Under the pieces are notes generated by a model that was not told the DNA's origin, made no database searches, and saw only the letters and a list, made by a program, of their open reading frames with translations. Of a DNA stretch of 64,000 nt, positions 9,408 through 17,832 are shown one piece after another. The translations under genes were made by a program, and so were the position numbers. The stretch's first letter is position 1. Each line of letters begins with the position of its first letter. Source of the stretch: an uncultured Verrucomicrobiales bacterium (GTDB lineage: Bacteria > Verrucomicrobiota > Verrucomicrobiia > Verrucomicrobiales > Akkermansiaceae); assembly GCA_937905985.1 (NCBI GenBank), contig CALCWC010000026.1, positions 24,376-88,375 of the forward strand, read 5' to 3'.

Positions 9408-9436
9408 TTGCCGCGTTCGTGCAGCTATGCTAGAAT
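9408..9436 (+). promoter_or_regulatory. Putative promoter overlapping the annotated start of the SBP gene
   Basis: TTGCCG-17nt-TAGAAT with an extended TGc. The last bases of the -10 element overlap the ATG at 9435 (TAGAATGGG). Confidence 0.45.
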
Positions 9437-10403
9437 GGGAATCGTGCCTAAGCTGGTATTGCTCATCACTCTTGTTGCTTGCGCGCTTTCCGTTCTGCAT
9501 GCAGAGCTGAAAGAGGTGGTTTTTGCACCGCAATGGATTCCCCAAAACCAGTTCGCGGGGTTCTATGTGGCCAAGGAAAAGGGGTTCTACGAGGATGAGG
9601 GACTCGATGTCAAGTTCAAGCACATGGGCATCAACTCCAATAAAACATCCCTGCAGCTCCTGCAGGCAGGGCAGACTGACATTGCCGGCTTGCAGCTCCT
9701 GCAGGCCATCGCCGCCCGCGCGCAGGGCGCTCCCATCGTCAACGTGGGACAAATCACCCAGATGAGCGGGCTGTGGGTGGTGGCACACCGCCCCATCAGG
9801 GAACCCAAGGACCTGAACCACATGCACGTTGCCCGCTGGCAGTTCGGCCACTCCGAGCTGTTCGATGTGCTGTGCCACGAGTTCAACCTGGATCTGGAGA
9901 CCGTGCCGTTCAGCCACAACCTGAGCCTGTTCACCTACGATGCCGTGGACGCCACCCTGTGCTACAGCTACAACGAGTACCTGCGCCTGCTGCTGGCCAT
10001 AGGCCGCGTGCCGGAGGAAAACGTGCTGCGCTGCCACGACCACCTGCCCAGAACCCCGGAAGACGGGCTCTACGTCTCCGAGGAATACTACAAGGCAAAC
10101 AAAGCCACCATAGCCGCCTTTATGCGCGCCACCAAAAAGGGCTGGGACTACGCCGCCGAACACATGGAGGAAGCCTGCGCCATCACCCACAGATACATCG
10201 AGTCTGGCCACGTGAGCAGCAACCCGGCCATAGAGCGCCTGATGCTCAAGGAGTTCCTGCGCCTGCAGGTGAACCCAACCACCGGCACGCGGGATTACGC
10301 CCAAGTTCCGGAAGATGTGTTCAACAAGCTGGTGGACTCCATGTTCCGCGCCGCCCTCATCAAGAAACCCATTCGCTACGACGAGATGATACGCCATGAG
10401 TAA
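9435..10403 (+). CDS. NMT1/THI5-like (NitT/TauT-type) periplasmic solute-binding protein
   Basis: Signal peptide MGIVPKLVLLITLVACALSVLHA, followed by VVFAPQWIPQNQFAGFYVAKEKGFYEDEGLDV, typical of the family. The start is uncertain: alternatives are the ATG at 9375 (AAGGAG lies upstream) or the GTG at 9444 if the 9408-9436 promoter is used. Confidence 0.75.
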   Translation: MGIVPKLVLLITLVACALSVLHAELKEVVFAPQWIPQNQFAGFYVAKEKGFYEDEGLDVKFKHMGINSNKTSLQLLQAGQTDIAGLQLLQAIAARAQGAPIVNVGQITQMSGLWVVAHRPIREPKDLNHMHVARWQFGHSELFDVLCHEFNLDLETVPFSHNLSLFTYDAVDATLCYSYNEYLRLLLAIGRVPEENVLRCHDHLPRTPEDGLYVSEEYYKANKATIAAFMRATKKGWDYAAEHMEEACAITHRYIESGHVSSNPAIERLMLKEFLRLQVNPTTGTRDYAQVPEDVFNKLVDSMFRAALIKKPIRYDEMIRHE

Positions 10404-12291
10404 ACGCAAATCCTTTGCACAGAGGTTGAGCCTCATCGTCATTGCTCTCATCTCCGTCCTCTTCGTCGGAGTGCTGGCCATTGCCGCACAAACCTGCCGC
10501 CACCTCATCGCGGAAGAAGCCACCAAATCCGCCACCAACCTGCTGGACGCCACAATCGCGGACGTGGAGAAAGAGCTGCGCAGCGTGGAGGTGGCCACCG
10601 CCAACACCGCCTGGATGGTGGAGGGGCATGAGAACGATGACGCCTACCTGCTGCACCTCACCCGCAAACTGGTGGAATCCAACGAACACATCGTGGGCAG
10701 TGCCGTGGCCTTTGTGGCAGACTACCACGAGGGCAGGCACTACTACGCCCCGTACACCTGGATGGATGAGGACACGGAGGACGTGAAGCACTCCCACCTG
10801 GGAAGCGAGACGTACGACTACTTCCTGATGGACTGGTTCCAGATACCGTACCTCACCAAGAAGGCGTGCTGGACGGAGCCGTACTACGACGAGGGAGGCG
10901 GCGAGCAATGGATTTGCACCTACAGCCGCCCGATATTCGACAAGGAGGGCAGGCTGTACGCCGTAATCACCGCGGATATCGCGCTGAACTGGCTTTACCA
11001 CAAGTTCGGTGACATCCACCCGTACAAGGACTCCTTCACCATCCTCATCAGCCGCAACGGCTCCTACGTCGCTGCACCGGACCGCTCCTGGCTGCGCGGC
11101 TCCACTATCTTCTCCGTGGCGGCAGAGAAAGAGGACGAACGCGCCTGGAATACAGCCCTGGACATGGTGGCGGGGCTCAAGGGCAGCTCGGAATTCGAGA
11201 AGGACGGCAAATCATACTTCGGCGTGTACGGCCCGCTCTCCAACGGGTGGTCCGCCTCCATCATCTGCCCGTACAGCTCGGTGCTGGCCCGCGCCACGGA
11301 AATGAACCTGGTGGTCGTTGTGCTTGCGGTGGCGGGTTTGTTCGGCCTGTTCCTCCTGTGCCGGGCGTCCATCGAGCGGGCCGCCTCGCCGCTTCGCAAA
11401 TTCTCGGAAAGCGCCATGAGCATCGCCAAGGGCAACTTCAACACCAAGCTCCCGGATATCCAGACCGATGACGAAATCCGACAGCTGCGCGACTCCTTCG
11501 ACTACATGCAGGGCTCGCTCACCCAGTACATCCAGGACTTGAAGAGCACCACCGCCGGCAAGCAGCGCCTGGAAAGCGAGCTCAACATCGCCCACAACAT
11601 CCAGATGCAGATGCTGCCCAAGAACTTTGCAGACATCAAACTCGCGGATGTGTACGCGGACATCCACCCCGCCAAGGAGGTGGGCGGCGATTTGTACGAC
11701 GTGACCGCGCGCAATAACATGTTGTACTTCGCCGTGGGTGATGTGTCCGGCAAGGGCGTGTCCGCCGCGCTCATCATGGCCATTACCCGTAGCTCCCTGC
11801 GCTTTGTGGGCGGCCACGGCATCGACCTCTCGGAAATGGCGGGCAAGATCAACCGCAGCCTTACGGAGAACAATGAGAGCGGCATGTTCGTCACCCTCCT
11901 GCTCTGCCGCTTCAACACAGAAACCCGCGTGCTGAACTACTGCAACGCCGGCCACAATCCGCCCGTTGTCATCCCCCGCAACGGCGAGCCCTACTTCCTG
12001 CCGCTCATCCCCAACCTCGTGGTCGGCGTCATGGACGACTTCGAGTTCAAAATGCAGACCCGCCAGATGGAGGAGGGCGACACCATTGTGCTGTACACCG
12101 ACGGCGTGACCGAGGCGGAAGACCCGGACAAGAACCAGTACGGTGAGCAGCGCCTCATGGCCTGGGCCCGCACCGTCACCCCGCAGATGTCCGCCAGGGA
12201 GGCCACCGACCGCCTCTCCGCAGACCTTAAGCGCTTCACACGCGGCAACGAGCAGAACGACGACATCACCATCCTCATCATCCGCACCTGA
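10396..12291 (+). CDS. Membrane sensor phosphatase: Cache-like domain - HAMP - PP2C/SpoIIE (RsbU-like)
   Basis: 631 aa. After an N-terminal TM helix comes a periplasmic Cache-like region (YYAPYTW...CWTEPYYDEGG...YSRPIFDKEGRLYAVITADI) and a second TM helix. These are followed by a HAMP domain (AKGNFNTKLPDIQTDDEIRQLRDSF) and a SpoIIE domain (GGDLYD...FAVGDVSGKGVSAAL...LYTDGVTEA). The start overlaps the upstream stop by 8 nt. Confidence 0.85.
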   Translation: MSKRKSFAQRLSLIVIALISVLFVGVLAIAAQTCRHLIAEEATKSATNLLDATIADVEKELRSVEVATANTAWMVEGHENDDAYLLHLTRKLVESNEHIVGSAVAFVADYHEGRHYYAPYTWMDEDTEDVKHSHLGSETYDYFLMDWFQIPYLTKKACWTEPYYDEGGGEQWICTYSRPIFDKEGRLYAVITADIALNWLYHKFGDIHPYKDSFTILISRNGSYVAAPDRSWLRGSTIFSVAAEKEDERAWNTALDMVAGLKGSSEFEKDGKSYFGVYGPLSNGWSASIICPYSSVLARATEMNLVVVVLAVAGLFGLFLLCRASIERAASPLRKFSESAMSIAKGNFNTKLPDIQTDDEIRQLRDSFDYMQGSLTQYIQDLKSTTAGKQRLESELNIAHNIQMQMLPKNFADIKLADVYADIHPAKEVGGDLYDVTARNNMLYFAVGDVSGKGVSAALIMAITRSSLRFVGGHGIDLSEMAGKINRSLTENNESGMFVTLLLCRFNTETRVLNYCNAGHNPPVVIPRNGEPYFLPLIPNLVVGVMDDFEFKMQTRQMEEGDTIVLYTDGVTEAEDPDKNQYGEQRLMAWARTVTPQMSAREATDRLSADLKRFTRGNEQNDDITILIIRT

Positions 12292-12327
12292 GTGCGGCAG
12301 GGGGGGCACCTCCCCAAACTTTTTTTC
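12282..12327 (+). terminator. Possible intrinsic terminator
   Basis: Hairpin CCGCAC-ctga-GTGCGG overlaps the stop codon. A weak GGGG/CCCC hairpin and a T7 run (12320-12326) follow. Confidence 0.4.
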
Positions 12328-12378
12328 ACATTTTTCATTTTTTACCGTGCATTCGGCCGTTTTCGCGCTTAAGGGGGT

Positions 12379-13263
12379 ATGGAAAACGTTATGGACACAA
12401 TGAACAATCCCGTTTGGAGAAAAGCCTTCCGCGGCGTTTGCTATCTGGTGTATGCCCTGCTGTGCCTGCTTTACGTGGGCGGGTGGTGGGCGGTGGTGGA
12501 ATCCATCGGCAAGGCGCCGTGGTACGAGCTGCAACCCTGGCTGGGCGACAAGCCGGAAATAACCGATTGCGACTGGTTCAACGGCCACCTGAGCGTCACC
12601 ATGAACGCCACGCCGCAACAGGTGGCAGACTACGCCGCCGCGCTGCAGCTGCAGCAAGGGGAAACGGCCGAGAATGGCACCGTGCACTATGCCTCCCCCG
12701 GCCCCTGCTGCCTGCGCACGCAGGAGGGCCGGGTTTCCCATGAAAGCGTGGATATCACCATGCAAAGCCGCGGCAACTCCTGCACCGTCACCATATGCGA
12801 CCATTTCCCTTTCGCAATGGGCGAGGGGCAGGGAAAGCCGCAGCCCCGCACCATCCCCGCGCGCTTCCCCTCCCGGGAGTCCTGGCTGGATGACCTCCCG
12901 GCCTCCTGGGTGGGCTTCTTCAACAAGAACGCCGGGCTGACGTCATTCGTCTCCGGCATCATCCTGCTCAGCTGGGCGGCGTTGTTTTTCGGGCAGAGCC
13001 TGCTGGTGGACGGCGCGCTGCTGCTGCGGTGGCGGCGTCCGCCGCACGGTTTTAGGCGGTGGGCGGCGTGGCTGCTGCTGCCGCTGGCGCTGCTGGGTCC
13101 CGCCCTGCTGGCGCACCTGCTTTCCATGCCGGAATGGGACTTCGTGGCCATTTTCGTCACCTTTGTGCTCGGCATTGTGCTGGGCGGCGTCAGCGTGCTA
13201 TGCTCCTGGCTGCTGAGCTTTGTCTCCCAACTCCTCCTGGCGGCGGACAAGAAGCTGGCGTGA
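12379..13263 (+). CDS. Hypothetical membrane protein
   Basis: AAGGGGG Shine-Dalgarno sequence, then an ATG. 294 aa with one N-terminal and about 3-4 C-terminal hydrophobic helices. No recognisable domain. Confidence 0.5.
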   Translation: MENVMDTMNNPVWRKAFRGVCYLVYALLCLLYVGGWWAVVESIGKAPWYELQPWLGDKPEITDCDWFNGHLSVTMNATPQQVADYAAALQLQQGETAENGTVHYASPGPCCLRTQEGRVSHESVDITMQSRGNSCTVTICDHFPFAMGEGQGKPQPRTIPARFPSRESWLDDLPASWVGFFNKNAGLTSFVSGIILLSWAALFFGQSLLVDGALLLRWRRPPHGFRRWAAWLLLPLALLGPALLAHLLSMPEWDFVAIFVTFVLGIVLGGVSVLCSWLLSFVSQLLLAADKKLA

Positions 13264-13277
13264 AGGGTGGAAAAAAC

Positions 13278-13306
13278 TTGACCCTGCCGGGGGGAATCGC
13301 TAATAT
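13278..13306 (+). promoter_or_regulatory. Putative promoter giving a leaderless mRNA
   Basis: TTGACC-17nt-TAATAT. The -10 element ends 6 nt before the ATG at 13313, so the expected transcription start coincides with the A of the ATG. Confidence 0.5.
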
Positions 13307-13312
13307 CGCAGT

Positions 13313-14104
13313 ATGATGGTACGCAAATTCGCATCCTGCCTTATTGCGCTGGTCATGGCGGCCGGCTTTGTCAGTGTGAGCTCTTGCTCACACGCGGATT
13401 TCAATAGAATTCCCAAGACAAGCGGCTTCTTCCAGCACCTGGAGAAGAGCAAGTATGAGAGCACTCCCATGGTGGCCTACTGGGACGATATGGATGACGC
13501 CGAATGGGATGCGCGCGTGCACGGCACCAACGGCAAGAGCCAAACCATCATACTCAAGCCCGTAACTCTGGACTACTTCACCCCGCGCCCCAAGGACGCC
13601 GCCCTCGCCACCCGCATCGAGAACATGCGCGACTATTTCGACAAGGAGCTCCAGAAGGAATTCCAGCGTCTGGACAAGGACCCCAACAACAACCTGCACC
13701 TCACAACCAAGCCCGGGCGCGGCGTGTACACGCTGGAAGTCGCCATGCTCTCCGTCAAATCCACCAACGTGGCCAAGAACGTGGCCATGCAGGTGCCGGG
13801 CTTCTTCATCAAGGGCGGCAGCGCGGCGGCTTCGCTCGTGCTGGGGCAGAAGGACGACACCGGCTACATCTCCTTCGGCGCGCGCCTGATTGACGACCGC
13901 GGCAAGGTGATTTGCGAGACCGGCGACTTCGAGTACGGCATGCAGTCCGTGATAGGCCGCATCGGCTTCGATTCCAAGGATTACCGCCCCTACGCCTACC
14001 AGAAGCAGACCATCGATTTCTGGGTGGAGGAGATCGGACAGCTCATGACCACGGATTCCAAGACCTCGGTCTCCAAGCCCAAGGTTTCCTTCAACCCGTT
14101 CTAA
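13313..14104 (+). CDS. Hypothetical lipoprotein
   Basis: MMVRKFASCLIALVMAAGFVSVSSC is a signal peptide with a lipobox-like Cys. 263 aa with no domain recognised by eye. Confidence 0.6.
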   Translation: MMVRKFASCLIALVMAAGFVSVSSCSHADFNRIPKTSGFFQHLEKSKYESTPMVAYWDDMDDAEWDARVHGTNGKSQTIILKPVTLDYFTPRPKDAALATRIENMRDYFDKELQKEFQRLDKDPNNNLHLTTKPGRGVYTLEVAMLSVKSTNVAKNVAMQVPGFFIKGGSAAASLVLGQKDDTGYISFGARLIDDRGKVICETGDFEYGMQSVIGRIGFDSKDYRPYAYQKQTIDFWVEEIGQLMTTDSKTSVSKPKVSFNPF

Positions 14105-14153
14105 AGGTAACAGGCGGTGCATAACCGCGCCTGCACGCGGCGGTTTTCCGGGG

Positions 14154-14180
14154 TTGACACCGGGGCGGAAAGGCTATAGA
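14154..14180 (+). promoter_or_regulatory. Putative promoter of the IdeS-like PEP-CTERM gene
   Basis: TTGACA-15nt-TATAGA. The -10 element ends 8 nt before the ATG at 14189. The short spacer lowers confidence. Confidence 0.4.
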
Positions 14181-14188
14181 GTTTCCGC

Positions 14189-16588
14189 ATGAAGATTTGC
14201 ACCCCTGTCATGGCATTGCTGCTGGCCTGCGCCGGCGTTCAGGCTGAAATCCGGCTGGCGGACGCCACCGTGTGCGACGTGGAGCAGGGCCGCGCAGAGA
14301 AGCCGGACAATTGGATGAGCTGGGCCGCGGCGGATGCCAACCTGATTCAGGCGTGGCAGGATGTCTATTACAACAGGCACGACGAGGGAGAGACCCCGCC
14401 CACGGGCTCGGGAACGGGCATGGCGCGCTCTGCGGAGGTTTACCGCGCATTCCTGGACGGCTGGAAGACGGACGGCTATTCCTACATCCCGAACGGCGTG
14501 ACCTGGTGGTTTCAGGGCGGGGAGTACCAGTTGCCGTTCGGGGCCATCACGGCCAGCGTGAACGAGCCCGCCGTGCATGCGGAGCGAGACTCGGGGTACT
14601 ACAACACGGTGTTCGGGAATTCCGTGCTCTCAGAGGATGTGGATGTGGAAACCGGCGAGCCCAAGCCCTGCTTCAACGATGTGAACGGCTACGGCACGGA
14701 TCTTGCCGTGCGCACCGGCAGCACCGGGGGACGCCAGGTATCCTACGCGGAGCTCAAGGAGGGACTTGACCAGGCTTTTCAATACAAGGGACACGCCGCC
14801 GCGCTGGGCATCTACTGCCATAGCAGCGTGCTCTCCGCCACCACCATGCACGCGCTCACCTGCTGGGGATATGAGGCCGATGACAACGGCAACGTGCAGG
14901 CCCTGTACGTCACCGACTCGGCCGATGGCCGCACCGGGCTGGTGAAGATGGGCGTGACGGCCAATGGCAAGGATGAGGACGGGAAGGAGTTGCTGTACCT
15001 CGTTCCCGAGGATGCGAAAGGCATATACAGCCTGGGCGCGTTCTGCATCAAGTCCGTGACCGGCATCGCCACCCCGCAGGATGTGGCGGTGAAGGCGGAG
15101 GACCGCTCCATCCTGCCTACCGACGGCACGCTGACCGGCAACACGGGGCTGAACGCAGACACCACCGTTCACCAGACCGTTACCGTGGGAGAATGGCTGC
15201 TGCTGGCCTCTGCCCATGATGCCAAGCTGACCATCGACAACGCGGAGGGCAACGGCCTGGTGGTGGAGGCCAACGGCACGGCGCAGCTGCACGCCACTGC
15301 AATCCATGCCTGCTCCGGCTCCGGCATGCATGTGGCCGGCGGTGTTGAGGTGGATGGTCAGGGGCTCGCCATCTCGCAGAACCAGGGTTCCGGCGTGGCG
15401 GTTTCCGGCAGCATGCAGGTGCGAGAGGCGGATGTATCCATCACCGGCAACAGCACCGCGCAGGATGGCGGCGGCATCCGCGTCGCCTTCGGCGGCAGCA
15501 TGACCGTCACCGCGGCGGATTCCCTGCCGAACCTGGCTGTCTCCGGCAACTCCGCCTCAGGAAACGGCGGCGGCATCTGCAATGCGGGCTCCCTGGTCAT
15601 CATGAATCTCGGTACCGTCACCTTGGCGGGCAACCGCGCCGAACAGGGCTCCGCCATCTACAACTCGGGAGACCTCTCCATCTCCGGCATTTGGAATGGC
15701 GTCAACATCTCCGCGCCGCAGGGCAGCTCCGCCGCCATCGTCCACAACGCCGCCGGGGCCTCCCTGGAGCTGGCGGACTGCTACGGGAATATCACCATCA
15801 GCGGCGCCCCTATCGGCATTGAGAACCACGGCACGCTCTTCCTCGGCACAGATGAGGAGAACCCCATCGTCTTCCAAGATTGCGCGCTCACCGGCAGCGG
15901 CACCGCATACCTCGGCATGGATGCCATGCAAAGCCTGTATTATGGCAGGGGCGTGGTCTTCACTCAAGGCGACAAAAGCACCGCCGTGGGCTCCTCCGCT
16001 GACGACGACACCGCCACCCTGCAAGCCGCCACCCTGGCCGCAGGCTCCCTGGTGGGCCTCAATCAAAACGCCTGCCTGTCACGCGCCTCCATTGCAGCAG
16101 ATGCCGATTTCCGGGCAGAGGATGTGCAGCTGGATGCCGTGGACATGCAGGTTGACGGCGCCCTGGCGCTCACCAACGTGCGCACCGCCTCAGATTCCAC
16201 CTACGCCGCGCTCTCCATCACCCTGCAGGATGTCACGCTCATCCTGAACCCCGCCGCTGACACCGCCCCCCTGTTCGCCGCCAAAGCACCGGAGATGGCC
16301 CTGGATGCCTCCGGCGTGTTCAACACAGGGGAACTCTCCGGCTCCCTCACCCTCGTGCAGGACGACATCACGCGCTCCATGCGCGCGGCGGGCGTCTCCC
16401 GCCTCAGGGTGGATTTCGGAGAAAGCGCCCGCCTGGCCCAGGATATCTCCATGCTCATGCAGGGGCTGCAATACGATGGTGTCGTCGGCAGCTCCGCCTT
16501 TTTCACCCTCCGCGTGCCGGAACCCTCCGCTCCTGCCCTCGCGCTGCTGGCCATCGCCGCCTGCGCCGCCCGCAGGAGAACGCGCTGA
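14189..16588 (+). CDS. Surface protein: IdeS/Mac-like (C66-like) domain + Pmp-type beta-helix repeats + PEP-CTERM anchor
   Basis: Signal peptide MKICTPVMALLLACAGVQA. Segment MHALTCWGYEADDNGNVQALYVTDSADG matches, from memory, IdeS NHVINLWGADFDSNGNLKAIYVTDSD. The middle region has GGGI/GSAIYN repeats as in polymorphic membrane proteins. The C-terminus is VPEPSAPALALLAIAACAARRRTR. Confidence 0.75.
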   Translation: MKICTPVMALLLACAGVQAEIRLADATVCDVEQGRAEKPDNWMSWAAADANLIQAWQDVYYNRHDEGETPPTGSGTGMARSAEVYRAFLDGWKTDGYSYIPNGVTWWFQGGEYQLPFGAITASVNEPAVHAERDSGYYNTVFGNSVLSEDVDVETGEPKPCFNDVNGYGTDLAVRTGSTGGRQVSYAELKEGLDQAFQYKGHAAALGIYCHSSVLSATTMHALTCWGYEADDNGNVQALYVTDSADGRTGLVKMGVTANGKDEDGKELLYLVPEDAKGIYSLGAFCIKSVTGIATPQDVAVKAEDRSILPTDGTLTGNTGLNADTTVHQTVTVGEWLLLASAHDAKLTIDNAEGNGLVVEANGTAQLHATAIHACSGSGMHVAGGVEVDGQGLAISQNQGSGVAVSGSMQVREADVSITGNSTAQDGGGIRVAFGGSMTVTAADSLPNLAVSGNSASGNGGGICNAGSLVIMNLGTVTLAGNRAEQGSAIYNSGDLSISGIWNGVNISAPQGSSAAIVHNAAGASLELADCYGNITISGAPIGIENHGTLFLGTDEENPIVFQDCALTGSGTAYLGMDAMQSLYYGRGVVFTQGDKSTAVGSSADDDTATLQAATLAAGSLVGLNQNACLSRASIAADADFRAEDVQLDAVDMQVDGALALTNVRTASDSTYAALSITLQDVTLILNPAADTAPLFAAKAPEMALDASGVFNTGELSGSLTLVQDDITRSMRAAGVSRLRVDFGESARLAQDISMLMQGLQYDGVVGSSAFFTLRVPEPSAPALALLAIAACAARRRTR

Positions 16589-16613
16589 TGCCCCTCACCC
16601 ACGCCACGTACCT

Positions 16614-16650
16614 AAAAACCCCTCCCGCTTCGCAGCAGGGAGGGGCTTTG
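16614..16650. terminator. Bidirectional intrinsic terminator
   Basis: Stem CCCCTCCC (16619-16626) pairs with GGGAGGGG (16638-16645). An A-run precedes it and CTTT follows. It lies between convergent genes. Confidence 0.6.
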
Positions 16651-16673
16651 TCAAACCTTCTTCGGCGCTACCT

Positions 16674-17477
16674 TTACTTGCGGCGACGGCGAGCGGCAAG
16701 GCCCGCAAGCGCAAGCAGGGAAAGCGTGCCCGTCGCAGGCTCCGGTACGTTCTGCATGGTAAAAATGGCGCGGTTGGACGCCAAAGCATCATCCTTGCTC
16801 AGCGTCTTGTCATACAGCGCCACCTTGGCAACATAATCCGGATTCACCTTGAGAGTATCCATCACAAAGTCGCTCCAACGAAGTCCGCTATCCGCCATGA
16901 ACGGGGTCCCTACACTGGGGATTGTCTCGTAATAAGATTCACCAGATCCAGGGATTTCGTATTTGATTGTAGTATAAAGCTTAGTTCCTTCATTATTGCT
17001 CATGTTGGCGGTCAGCGTCAGAGAAATGCCCAGAGGAGAGTCCAGACATTCCATCGCTTCCGTATTCACACCAAGCCAGTTGTTGTTTTTCGTGGCGCGG
17101 TAATTGGTTGTCTGCACATTCTTTCCGGCATCGGTAATGGCCATGAACGCGCCGCCTTGAGTAATAATGCCTTGTGCATCCGAGCTGTAGCCCATGCCAA
17201 CACCGAACTTTTCGCCAGTATTTTCACCAATCACGGAAATCAGGGACTTGCTCATGTTAGTTTTGGAGCTGCCAACATACTCGGCAATCAAGTTTACACC
17301 CGCTGGATTGAGCTCGAAGGTGTAGGAGAAATCCTTATTGGTTGACGTCGGGTCGGTCAACGTGTAGCTTTCCGGCGAGGAGGTGGTGAAGAACAGCTTT
17401 TGGAATGCTGTGTCGGTAATATCCCCAGCCATAGCCAAGCTGCCGAGGGTGATGAGTGCAAGTAGTGTTGCTTTCAT
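16674..17477 (-). CDS. PEP-CTERM domain protein
   Basis: 267 aa with an ATG start. Signal peptide MKATLLALITLGSLAMA. The C-terminus is VPEPATGTLSLLALAGLAARRRRK (PEP motif + TM helix + Arg-rich tail). Confidence 0.8.
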   Translation of the reverse strand: MKATLLALITLGSLAMAGDITDTAFQKLFFTTSSPESYTLTDPTSTNKDFSYTFELNPAGVNLIAEYVGSSKTNMSKSLISVIGENTGEKFGVGMGYSSDAQGIITQGGAFMAITDAGKNVQTTNYRATKNNNWLGVNTEAMECLDSPLGISLTLTANMSNNEGTKLYTTIKYEIPGSGESYYETIPSVGTPFMADSGLRWSDFVMDTLKVNPDYVAKVALYDKTLSKDDALASNRAIFTMQNVPEPATGTLSLLALAGLAARRRRK

Positions 17478-17562
17478 TTTTTCAGTTTCTATTGTAGGTT
17501 AAGTGCAAGGGCTTGCGGAGGGACACCTCGTCACTCTCCTGAACCGTCGTTTGCGAGGAAAG

Positions 17563-17576
17563 CCTACAGTATTTGG
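17563..17576. promoter_or_regulatory. Half-site of the CCTACAGTATT palindrome
   Basis: CCTACAGTATTTGG lies 86 nt upstream of the minus-strand PEP-CTERM gene start. Confidence 0.35.
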
Positions 17577-17716
17577 AAACCTTATGCAAGTCTAAATTGA
17601 AAACAAATTGAATTTTTGAGGTTTGGCGGGTGCTTAATTTTTCCCAAATAATTTGGCGAGGGGTTCCTGAAGCCTGAATTTGCAGATTTCCGTAAGGGAA
17701 ACGGCGCGCGCAGGCG

Positions 17717-17740
17717 CCTACAGTATTCCAAATACTGTAG
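17717..17740. promoter_or_regulatory. Palindromic operator-like site CTACAGTATT-cca-AATACTGTAG
   Basis: Perfect 10-bp arms with a 3-nt spacer, nested inside a second inverted repeat CGCGCGCAGG...CCTGCGCGCG. It lies 93 nt upstream of the ATG at 17833. The same motif occurs at 29801 and 29958. Confidence 0.55.
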
Positions 17741-17832
17741 ACTGCCCCTGCGCGCGGCGGGAACGGAAGAGCGCACGAAAGACCTTCCCTACCCACCCCA
17801 CGCAACTAACTTACAACAAAAACAAAACAGAT

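Noticed and set aside
9243-9434. Upstream extension of the SBP ORF (ORF-track start at 9243).
   Set aside because: The extension overlaps the acnA start and promoter, and it precedes the signal peptide by 64 residues. The ATG at 9375 remains a possible alternative and is noted in the feature.
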